In this document: positions 1 to 23,122 of the stretch, piece after piece
How the letters are laid out: each line of letters starts with the position of its first letter
How positions within the stretch are numbered: the first letter of the stretch is position 1
Assembly: GCA_043228905.1 (NCBI GenBank)
Contig: JBHGNT010000439.1
Location: 1-25,578 of the forward strand
Direction: 5' to 3'
Source: Azolla caroliniana
Lineage: Eukaryota; Plantae; Polypodiophyta
DNA: 25,578 nt
Program-made: the position numbers and the translations under genes
The notes under the pieces: model-generated
The model's input: only the letters and a program-made list of their open reading frames with translations
What the model was told of the DNA's origin: nothing
Databases searched by the model: none

Positions 1-170
1 ATATTTATAGCCAGACCTAAGTCCCCCAAGCAAGTTCACATTTGGCCTTAATGGGTTGTCTCAATCCCAAGGATTAAAAGTAATCCTTCCCTTCTTTATA
101 CTCTCGTTTAACCCTCACACTTTCTCCACGTGTATAGAATAGTAGGGTACAATCTTGCCACGGGATATTA

Positions 171-12973
<12,803 letters not shown>

Positions 12974-12998
12974 ATCTTCCTATCTATGTACTGAGTTC

Positions 12999-13283
12999 TT
13001 CTTATATATACTAATTACCCAGATTTTCTGATGTTCTTATCAATTGCTGATAAATAAATCACTTGTTAATGATGATTAGTACATTTTGATGAATGAGCTC
13101 CTCTTATATATTATATTAATTACCAAGATTTTCTGAGGTTCTTATCAATTGCTGATACATAATCCCTTGTTAATGACGATTAGTATATTAATTACCAAGA
13201 TCTTCTGATGTTCTTATCAATTGCTCCTAATAAATCACTGGTTAATGATGATTAGTACATTTCGAATCTCGATGAATGCGCTC
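12999..13283. repeat. Three ~85-100-bp tandem copies in the ABCC 5' flank
   Basis: Core taattaccmagatyttctgakgttcttatcaattgct...gttaatgaygattagta occurs three times. Confidence 0.88.
13103..13110 (-). promoter_or_regulatory. Candidate TATA box of the ABCC gene (second copy at 13001-13010)
   Basis: Minus strand TATATAAG ~130 nt upstream of the ATG; motif match only. Confidence 0.35.
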
Positions 13284-13290
13284 ATAATAT

Positions 13291-13747
13291 TGTCATACAA
13301 GAAAAATATAAAAAAATATAACAGCAACAATAGCCAGAATATTAGGGTTGGGATTAAAAGTTTCTGATGGTTCTGGACTTCATCATTTCATCATCAGGAT
13401 TATCTGCACACTTCACATAGCATACATGCATGCACGTATATATATATACGTATATATACGTATGTATATGTATATGTATATGTATGTGTATGTGTATATG
13501 TATATGTATGTGTATATTTACATATATGTATGTACATATGTATATGTGTGTGTGTGTGTTATGTATGTGCATTTGACCATGTGGACATACATACATACAT
13601 ACATACATACATACATACATAAGTCAATGATGTTCTCATGAATGATCATTACATCATACATGATTTCATGAATGATCTTTAACATTACGATGAATCTGAG
13701 GTCATATAAGGATGCACTCTCACGACACTTCCCGCCTTATTCTTCCC
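13291..13747 (-). mobile_element. Putative 3' LTR (13291-13727) plus polypurine tract (13728-13747) of a truncated LTR retrotransposon
   Basis: Minus strand GGGAAGAATAAGGCGGGAAG directly followed by TGTCGTGA, the same start as the solo LTR at 23123-24305; other end tgtcat at 13291 matches ..acgaca with one CpG-type mismatch. No second LTR found. Confidence 0.55.
13437..13620. repeat. Compound microsatellite (TA/TATG/TG)n + (CATA)n
   Basis: Directly visible; explains spurious ORFs 13348-13641 and 13354-13620. Confidence 0.95.
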
Positions 13748-14095
13748 GATCCAAAAATCGTTCTTTATCGACCGATCCAAAAATCGCTCTTTTACCGTCC
13801 AATCCCCAAATCATTCCTTTATCGTCCGATCCCCAAATCGTTCCTTATCATCCAATCCATACCGCTCTTTCCAAATCGATCCATACCACTCTTTACCGCC
13901 CGATCCCCAAATCATTCCTTATCGTCCAAATACCATATTGCTCTTTATCGGCCAAATTGAATCCAAGTCGTTCCTTATCGTCCGCCCGATCCATATTGTT
14001 CTTTACCAACCAATTCCCAAATCATTCCTTATCATCCGATCCCCAAATAGTTCCTACGTATCATCGGTCGCATCCATACTGCTCTTTGTCAACCC
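13746..14095. repeat. Degenerate minisatellite, ~24-27-bp unit, about 13 copies
   Basis: Units like ccgatccccaaatcattccttatcgt and ccgatccatattgttctttaccaa; scattered decayed copies to ~14610. Confidence 0.9.
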
Positions 14096-15189
14096 CGCAT
14101 TTTTATTCGAATCATTAGATCGTGCTTTTATTACATGTAATAATTTTGTTGCTTTCTTTCTAGGTCGTGACTCGTGAGGATTGTCCCATCCTTTTTTCCT
14201 TTTTACTTATATTATATTTGAGTCCTACTTGTGCTCTATCACATAATGGGTTGCTTTCTTGTCTCAAATCTTTGATTGTCAATTGTCATGTCCAATTTGT
14301 TCTCTATTATTTAAGTTAAATTATTTGTTCTTTATTGTGCAATGCGTGACTTAATTCAATATCTATCATATGGATCAGTCACACCCATATTGCTCCTCAC
14401 TAACCTGAACGCTATTTGAGTTCTATTTGTGAACGAACGTGTATTGTGTTGCTTTTTTATCTCGTGTGCATCATCCTATTCATATTACTCTTTTATCGAC
14501 CCGGATTTTATTTGAATCCTATTGTGCATTCACATGTATTGGGTTGTGTTCTTTAATCATATGAATCATCCGATCCATAATGTTCTTTATCGAGTTGGAT
14601 TTTATTTGTCAAGTCCTTTTATTCTTTAGTACATTGTATAGGCATAACCCATATGGACCAATTCTATAGCTAATTTTAATGGATTAAGGGTAGGATAGCT
14701 GGCAAACCGATTATCCTAAGAACTACAACAAACCCATAAGGACCTATGATACGTGGTGTTGTCAAGACTCTATTGTTGAGAAGAAGCTCTCTTTGTTAGA
14801 TTCATTATTCAATAACCACGATATAACATAAGGTAATATTCAGTGGTATGGGACACAAATGGCATTTTATGTTTATCTCATGTCCTTTGCTTATGTGTGG
14901 TCTCCACGGTTAAGCATTCTTAACCCATTATTCTCCTTGATCTCATATTCTTTTGCTCATCATTAAAATATTGTAATCTATGGTAGTATATGGTCTCATA
15001 TTCACGGATGACAAAATAGTCGCAATTTATTATTAAGAAATTAGTAGCCTTTCCAAACATTTCATACACATGCTCGAAACCATATCAAGGATATGTACAC
15101 TACTAGTCATATCAACTTGTGGAACATTGTAATTTTCCTCGGATCCTACACAAAAAGGCTTGCCACCTATCTTTGAAATTGATATTAGG

Positions 15190-15542
15190 CATAATTGTTA
15201 AAGAACGGGTATTCTACGCGTAGAATATGTTTTAGAATACACTAAAGTATTCTAGATGTATTCTACATTTTAGAACTACCGTTTTTCACATTTTCACATA
15301 TTCTACATATTCTAACAATTTGACGTATTCCACGTATTTAACATTTCAAAAAGTTCAAAAAAATTAAAAATTATTGGTTTTGAAAAAAAGAACCTTTAAA
15401 TTTTAAGAAGTATTTAATGTGTTTTACTCGTATTTTACGTATTTAAAGTAGCGTACACATATTCTAAGTATTTAAAACAAAAGGTAGAATACTTAGCATA
15501 CATATTGTACGCCTAGTGTATGCTAAGTATTCTATAACAATG
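15190..15542. mobile_element. hAT-like MITE (353 bp)
   Basis: 8-bp direct repeat atattagg at 15182-15189 and 15543-15550; CA...TG ends with imperfect TIR cataattgttaaagaa / ttctataacaatg; repeated subterminal (g)tattcta motifs; no ORF. Confidence 0.75.
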
Positions 15543-16194
15543 ATATTAGGTTACATATGCGCATTATACCAACATGCGGAAAATGATGTGCATATCCCTC
15601 CAATCAATAAGTATGGATTGTTATTCTAATTGTTGATTTACTTTGCTCCAACAAATGGTAGTGCCATATTAGGTTTGTAACGTGGCCGTTTCTGCATTTG
15701 TGAGAATTACCAAATTTGAAATGTTTTCAAATAATATTAAGTAAGAGATAGCAACCATAACCTCTTTAAGTATAATGTTATTGTAAAAGTGCATTGTTTA
15801 TTGCCACATAGTGTAGATGTTGGGGCTGAGTGAGGAGTCGTTGTTGTGAAACTTTTTTTGAACTTTTCTTTTATAATAAGATATGAGAGGGAAAATTAAT
15901 GAATCGTTTGACATAGTTTATAGAATGATTGGCATGTGTGTTAAAAAAACAAATTCAATCTTTTTTCGATGGCTACCTCATTAGTTGTCTAATGTCTAGC
16001 TTGTCAATAAAACTTTCGATACAAGAAATCTTCTCCAAAAATTGCGTGGGCAAGAATAAATTGAAAATATTTAGATTTTACATTAAAATACTAAAAGTTG
16101 TGGAGGTTAAGGCATGATAATGCATCGTAAACCAAATATATAAAAAATGAAAGGCCAAGGTTGCGGAGACAATGGCTTTGATAAAAGGTTGGGT

Positions 16195-16960
16195 GGACAT
16201 TAACTATAAGGCTACAAGTGTTGTTTTTATATTAAAATACTGTTGTTGAAGTCTTCCACGCTTGTATTGTGTCAAAATATGCTTAATCTCCAAGTCATAT
16301 TATATGTGTTTTGATAAAACCATCTCCATGAAATTCCATTGAGTATAATGGCATCGATCATTGTCTTGATGCGTATTGGCACTTCAATCTTATAATTTTG
16401 AAGTTTGCTATTAAAAAAACAGCAAATTCAATAGGAACTTTTACAAAGCATAAAAGCATATTGTCCACAGATATAGGAGTACGTGGCAACATTTTTTTTG
16501 TTAAAATATATTTATAGACTTCTTTTAAGCTATTGTTCTCTCATATATTACTTAACCTCCAAGTCATTGTATGTGTTTTGATAAAACCATAGCTTTCATG
16601 GGATCCCACCCAATGTAGAGTATAATGGCATTGATAGTTATCTTGATGCGTCCTCACTTCAATCTTATAGGATTGAAGTTTCCCATATAAAACACCAAGT
16701 TCAATAGGAACTTTCATGAAGAATAAAAGCATCTAGGCCACAATTATAAGACTATGTGTTGTTTTTCGTTACAATATATTCGTATATGTCGATTAAACTA
16801 TTATGTTCTCAAATATTAATTGATATCCAAGTGTTTTGATAAAACCACTGGTGATTGGATACATGAAACCTCGGCGAGTATAATCATATTAATAAATATC
16901 TTGATGTGCATTGTTGATACTCACTTCAATATTAATTAATTGTAAAGTTCACCACAATAA
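16195..16960. repeat. Old tandem repeat, ~269-bp unit x ~3
   Basis: tccaagt...gtgttttgataaaacca at 16289, 16558, 16826; shared gagtataat, tcttgatg, cacttcaat blocks. Confidence 0.85.
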
Positions 16961-17797
16961 ATACCGTAGTGTCCATTAGTTCCTTTGTGCCACCCTTTTA
17001 GCACGGATGTAGACAAGGCAACCCAAATAGGTACCTATGTATCAACTATAAATTGAGCAAAGAGTAAGAAGCAAGGCAGACTAGTTGGGATTCTCTTTAT
17101 GTGCATTTCACAATATAAAGTTGACGAGGAACCTTGATTGTTCCCTTGCATGAAAGGTGAAGTAAATAATAGATGAAAGACAAATTATAACAGGTAATGA
17201 TGTTTTGAAGTTCTCTAGATTATGCAATTGTCATATCTTACTAAAATTCAAAAAAGGTGGCCACATTTTCCAACTTATAATGTAAACCCTAAAATAAAAT
17301 CTAGCTATAAACCAATCATATAGTAGTAAATCAGTCGGGTATATGGACAACTAGTACTAGGTAAAATAAATTTCTCGAAGAGATGAAGCAAGTGCATGAA
17401 AACATAAATCCTCTTATCTAATAATCTCTAAATAAAGGTTTGCTATAAGTGCATAGAAATCTAAATGGTATAAATTATAATATACTAGTCGAGAAGTTGA
17501 ACTTCATGCAACATATGACACCTACCTACCTATTGTAAGTAATGTTAACCGGTACTCATGAAACGACAATGTTTTTTATTTTATTTTCCAAAATGAAGCT
17601 ACTTTCCCATTAGTTAGGAAGGATTATTACATAGAGAGTCTACAAGGAGACTTATACACACATCGGGGGGAGTCTTCCTCCGATCAAGTAAAAGAAGATG
17701 AGCCTACTTACAATGCCTTGTGGCCTAACTTAATGTAAGAAGCTACCCATATCTAAGGCGATGCCCTTCAATATACAAATACTTTACCATTGTGATT

Positions 17798-19075
17798 GGT
17801 GAACTATATTCTATAGAAATGGCCTTATTTATCAAATGTCAATCAATACGTTTGAGATGTGAAGCTCAAGTCGCATCCAATTAATCATAAAGTCAAAGCA
17901 TCCTTTTTTACCCATTCTTCAACTTATACAAACTGAAATTGATCATGTGATTTGATATCATCATTTAGATTCTATTTGAGCAATTATTTAACTAAAATTG
18001 ATGAGGAGGTGAAATCACATTTTATATTAAGGCATGAACAAATACTTTAAAATGTAAGGAAAAGGGATAATATCGCATGTTGTGTGACCCTTTTACTCAT
18101 CAGATTTTGACACTTTGATATTAAACCAATAAACAAGAGAACAAATGTAAATCAACAACAGTAATAAATTCAAGTAAAGTGCCATTAAAATTACTCAATG
18201 TATAAAAGCATTTAGATTTCAATGATTTTCTCATTAAATAAAACTCGGATTCTCATGTAATGGTCTGGACCTTTATTGTTTAAAGTTATGTGTCAAGATT
18301 TAATATTCTTAACTAGTATTTGAACAATTACACCTAACTTTTTGGTTATATGTTTTCCCATTACATTGGGTCTAGCTATAAAATCAGATCGTAGACATAG
18401 GTAAACAAAATAAAACATATATCAATGTATGCCTATTGAGCAAGAGACGTTATCAACGTGGGGATAGTTAATGGGTTCAATTATTAGGTTTGAATGTGGA
18501 GTTGTGCAACTCAATGAATATTTACAAGCATTCTACAAATGCTAGAATGCATGCAACTACGGATTCCCTTTTGCAAAGAAGTGACAGTGCACTATCTCCA
18601 TATATTTTCTTTTGTTAATCCCACTAAGTGAAACAATCGGTTCTCCCAATTGATCTCTATTCCTTGTCCTAGCTTCAATCAACTCATGTTGGAGATTGAC
18701 TACTTTTGTGTAAAGGCGAACTTTATTCTATGTAAATGGCCTAAATTTGTCACGTGTATATGTGACTTGTGAACCTCATGTCACATCCAACTAAGAATAT
18801 AGTTTGCAAATTTAACCTCTTGTTCAACTTTATAAACTGAATTTGATCATGCAATATGATGTCACCATTCACATTCTAGTTGAGAATTATAGAACATAGC
18901 ATTCATCACACCTAAGATTGGAGTTTATGTACGTTACTTTATAATTTAGAGAGAAAAAAAGATAATATATTGCCCTTTAATCCATAAAATGTTGTTATCT
19001 CATATTAGGCCAATAAACTAGAGAATTAATGTAGATAGACAATAATAATGAGTTCAAATAAAATGGTATCATTAC
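17798..19075. repeat. Diverged direct duplication (~17798-18195 vs ~18715-19075)
   Basis: Collinear blocks ggygaact.tattctat..aaatggcct, ttcaactt..aaactgaa.ttgatcatg and ccaataaac.agagaa..aatgta in both copies. Confidence 0.75.
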
Positions 19076-19100
19076 TTTATAAAGTGTAATTTTTTGGACA

Positions 19101-19183
19101 TAGGGGTAGTTTGGTAAATTTGGAACTTCTAGGGGCATCCTGGTAAATAGACGAACTTCCAGGGGTATCCTGGTACTTTTCCC
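19101..19183 (-). mobile_element. Orphan Mutator (MULE)-like terminal inverted repeat
   Basis: Minus strand begins GGGAAAAGTACCAGGATACCCCTGGAAGTT, with ~30-bp internal subrepeats (aggggyatcctggtaa..gaacttc); resembles plant MULE TIRs; no partner TIR or TSD found. Confidence 0.55.
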
Positions 19184-19710
19184 TTGTTAATACGAGGGGG
19201 AGGGAACTTCATAATATTTGGGGTCACAAGCAAAAGAATGCACCCAATACATTTTAAAAAGTCGGGATTTTTACATAACATGCAAACATGAATGAACTTT
19301 TGTTTATGTTATAATTGTCGTGTTTGGCTTGGTCCAGTTTTAGAAATAGGTTCCCAGGTTCATTTTGGGACAATTTAGTGAGAGAAATCCCCCATAAAGG
19401 CTCTACATGATAAACCATGACCGTTCTCTTGTGGAACCTATGAAGTGTATCTCTTGTGATTGCGTGAGCAAGCACTTCAACTTTTTTACTTACCCGCTTC
19501 CCAGGCCTAGGTTCAATGTGAAAGAAGCCTTCGTCAAGGCTCTCCATGAGAGAACATGCTCGTTATCTTGTGGAATAAACTAAGTGGTTCTCTTGTGAAT
19601 GCATGAATGAGGCTTTTCAACATTGAAATTACCCACTTCTTGAACCTAAGTAGCATCGAACCTGGGGTTCACATCAACTTGTTCGTATTGCCCGATTCAC
19701 ACATTAAGTA

Positions 19711-20163
19711 AATCAACACACATACACATACACTACCCCTCTTAATTCATTTTATTTCTATACTACCCTTTCTCCCTTAAGCTCGTTATATACCCACTAT
19801 ACCCATCTTAAGGAAAATCAAAACACATATACACATACACTACCCTTCTTGCCTCAATTCATTTTATTTCTAAACTACCCTTGCTACCTTAAGCTTATAT
19901 ATCCCTAATACCCTCCTTATGAATCATAAACACACACACATACATATACTACCCATCTTGCCTAAACCCCCAAACAAAAATTCTACGCATACATACTTAG
20001 CCACAACTCAATATATGCCCATAATACCTTTGCTCCTTTTTAAAGTCATCTACCCTTTAGTTCTGAAAGCTTTATTTCCTAGAGTCTACACCCCCCAAAC
20101 AAAATTTCTAGGTACACATACTCAACCACAACACAATATCTACCCACAATACCCGTGCTCCTT
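19711..20163. repeat. Two adjacent CA-rich tandem repeats (~105-bp unit x ~2.4; 125-bp-spaced pair)
   Basis: aatca..cacacatacacatacactaccc at ~19711, 19816, 19922; cccccaaacaaaawttcta...tgctcctt at 19967 and 20092. Confidence 0.85.
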
Positions 20164-20797
20164 CACACACATGCTACACATTCATACCCAAATACTTATA
20201 TAAAATAAACACATATTCGTGGATTCTTCACCAAATGCATATATATACACACACATAAATACACAAACATGGCTTTCAATCACAAGCACACAATTCCACA
20301 ACTTCTCCAACACTCACAAATAGATAGGAAAAGTTACACCTATATGTGGATTTGATGCATTCATGCACCTATTTGCATAGACATTCTATCAAGCTATTCT
20401 AAATGCATCAACACCTAACGACAAAGAGGAATAATTGGGAGCAGCTTTCTTACCATCTTAAACATTCAACATTGTTGAACTTTTGAGACAACATCATGAC
20501 ATAGCATATGCAAAGGAGGAAAACTTCTAAAACCTTAGTTTAAGGTTGGTCAAAGAACTACGAGCAGGAGTCTCTAGTGGGTGAGGATTAAACCAATGAA
20601 TACATATAGCTCAATTGGTAAGATTAAATTCCTTAAGGGGGTGAATCTTAGTAGAGGTGAAGAAGGGAGAAAGTTGATCTATGCACAAAATATATGGACT
20701 ACGAACATGGTAAAAATATTTCATGTCAAGTTCACCAAATATGTTATGTAAATAATCTTGCATGTGCTACTCGAGTGGGTCTACGGGGGGTCTGAAC

Positions 20798-20960
20798 TAG
20801 GAATTCGCAACGGCTTAGCTCAAACCGAAACTGTTTAGTTAATCCGGTTTTAAATGGTTTACCGGCTCGGCTCAGGCTTGAGCTTGCTTAAACGGTTTGA
20901 GCTCAGTTTGGCTTGGCTTGAACCCTGCCAAACCGGCTCAAACGATTAAGCCGGTTATGT
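20798..20960 (+). mobile_element. hAT-like transposon end (truncated)
   Basis: Starts TAGGAATTCGCAACGG then dense subterminal aaaccg/ccggtt/ggctc/gagct motifs in both orientations; no second end found. Confidence 0.5.
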
Positions 20961-21049
20961 TATTTAATAATTTGGTTAGATTCTTGAGAATAAAAATACA
21001 GAACTTAAAAGTTCCTAGAGAGCCTGAGAGTTGAGTCATCGCTTGTTCG

Positions 21050-21840
21050 GATAGATAGATAGATAGATTATATTATTGTCTTCGGAGGTCAAATATGACC
21101 TATGAGACCAAAGAATATTACATTTCACGTGATAAGTGTGAAAGTCAGTAGCGACTCTCAATGTTCAAGAACTTTACCAATGAATGTTGCAATCAAGAGT
21201 GTACATTGTGGTTGTGAGAGAAATTCATGCAAGGTTTGGGCTTGGTTGAAGAGATGTGGAAAACATGGTCAAATATTATCAAAGGCAAAGCATTGTATGA
21301 AAGTGTGATACTCCAAACTCTCAAACTTGTTTAGGGCAAAGTGTGTTGGCCACTCTCATCACTTGTGCCCCAACGCTCCGTCTCACATCGCAATGCATGT
21401 GAGCTAAGTCGCATGGAAGCAATGGTTCGAATGGCAGATAACGGGATGGGCTCTAACATGTATCGATGTGTACAGTTTTCTCATTCCACGAAGAATATGG
21501 TTTTGTAGTTAGGTGCAACATGTGTAGTATAATGTGTGAAGCGTGAGTCTCCACATTTGTCCCATGTCATGATACATTGGCGTTGCAAAAAGGCCTCACT
21601 TACTGAGGAATCTAATGATGCATCATGAAGCAAGTGTCTTGCATCCCATCTACCAAACCATTTTTCAATATCTTGCATCCAACTAGAACACAAAATTTTG
21701 CTTTTATGCGTCTTTTGGATCTTTTTGTTTGCTTCCCCTGCAATTCTAGGAAGTTGATGTGAGGGACTTTTTTGAACCTTAAGCATATGATCAATAACCC
21801 TTTCCATGGTCATGATCTCGATGGGAAGCAATTCCGTCTC
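21050..21840 (-). mobile_element. 5'-truncated non-LTR retrotransposon (ORF2 C-terminus, 3' UTR, microsatellite tail)
   Basis: Broken frames: ELLPIEIMTMERVIDHMLKVQKSPSHQLPRIA ... IASMRLSSHALRCETERWG ... TLCPKQV*E/EYHTFIQCFAFDNI*PCFPHLF (post-RT R(L)SSH.L..E..RW motif and decayed CCHC knuckle). 3' stem-loop 21086-21101 and (CTAT)4 tail 21050-21067. Confidence 0.85.
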
Positions 21841-21919
21841 AGAGGGAGAGGGAGGGAGAGGGGAGAGAGCTTCTACTGCCTTGACTTCTTCCTCCACACT
21901 TGCATTTAATTCCACGATA

Positions 21920-22490
21920 TCGACTAAATCTATATCTTTACACATCGGATGAGCATTGCATTCTAAAGCTTGGAGGAAAGGTTTTGTTTTGCATGTGTTT
22001 GTTTCTAATACACTCTTGAGTATGTATGGTAAATGCTATCCAAATGTGGCTATATGGACAACAAATATTACATGATATGCTAGAGAAGGTAGTTTTATTT
22101 CATTATTGCAGTTTTTTGAAGAGATGCAAATTTGTGGGTTTTTTGAAGAGATGTAACATATCTCTTATTACTCTGTTTGTAACCATGTCGGAATGGTAGA
22201 TAAAGCATCTACCAATTTTAAATGCATCAATATAGATGTTGGTACTCTACCAAACTTGAGGCATTATGCTTGTATGATGGATATTCTTGGACGAGCCAAA
22301 GATTTTTGTAAAGTGATAAACATGTTGAAGATCATGCCACTTGAGGGTGACTTGTCTTTTTGGATGGGTTTGCTCGGTGCATGTCGTATACATGGAAATG
22401 CTGACCTTGGAAAACATGCATTTGATCTTGTAGTGCAACTTCATCCCAAAGAAACCAGTGCATATATCATGATGTCATATATATATATGG
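21920..22490 (+). pseudogene. PLS-class PPR pseudogene fragment ending in the E1 domain
   Basis: KSISLHIG*ALHSKAWRKGFVLHVFVSNTLLSMYGKC / PNVAIWTTNIT*YAREG..FEEMQICG / VTYLLLLSVCNHVGMVDKA..HYACMMDILGRA..MP...WMGLLGACRIHGNADLGKHAFDLVVQLHPKETSAYIMMSYIY; two stops, internal deletion and a frameshift. Confidence 0.92.
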
Positions 22491-22902
22491 TGATGCTTAT
22501 AACCAACACAATGATGATTTGGTGTGAAATATTATGTACACTCTATGTGGTTCACTATTACAAGAGTGAGTGTGCGTGAGTGTATCTATGTATGTATTAC
22601 ATATGTATATGTCTCACATCTTCGCAATTTCTTATCCCTGTGTGATGTAAACCTCGTCATTTATGGGTGCTCATGGTGTTATTATTCTTGGGGAGGCTAT
22701 GCATGCATTTGTTTTTGTAGCCATATTAACTCATTTGGCAACTTCTAGCCATAGTTTCATGTAGCCTTAGTAGACTGAATTTAGCATTGCCTAGTCATAC
22801 ACTATAAAAGAATATGTGTGCAGAAGCGTATGCGTAAGACACTGAATTGAGTACATGGTTCGGAAGTACGACAGTTCGGTAAAACACAGAAATCACAGAG
22901 AA

Positions 22903-22942
22903 TGAGAGGGAGAGGAGAGAGAGAGAGAGAGAAAGAGAGAGA
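22903..22942. repeat. (GA)n microsatellite in copia LTR
   Basis: Directly visible. Confidence 0.9.
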
Positions 22943-23122
22943 ACGTAACTATACTAAAAAACCGTAATTCTCTGTATGTTCTTTGTACATACTTGGTGCT
23001 CAGTGAGCACCTTTTATACAAGCCCTGACTATCGGGCTGACACAAGTACTTACAGTACCCGACTGCTCATAAATGAGCATCCTACACTTACCCCCAAAAT
23101 TATTCCTTATGAGGAATAACGT

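Noticed and set aside
13746-14095. CRISPR-like periodicity
   Set aside because: Units are contiguous and degenerate with no unique spacers; eukaryotic context, no cas genes.
13348-14177. ORFs 13348-13641, 13354-13620, 13672-14118, 13712-13960, 13938-14177
   Set aside because: Products of microsatellite and minisatellite periodicity; no protein motif.
17284-17293. Telomere-like aaaccctaaa
   Set aside because: Single copy, expected by chance in AT-rich DNA.
19254-19547. 97-aa minus-strand ORF
   Set aside because: Overlaps a decayed ~140-bp duplication; no recognisable domain.
20330-20760. Coding-like stretch, possible transposase relic
   Set aside because: Multiple stops in the frame I translated, no ORF in the track, and no motif I can identify.
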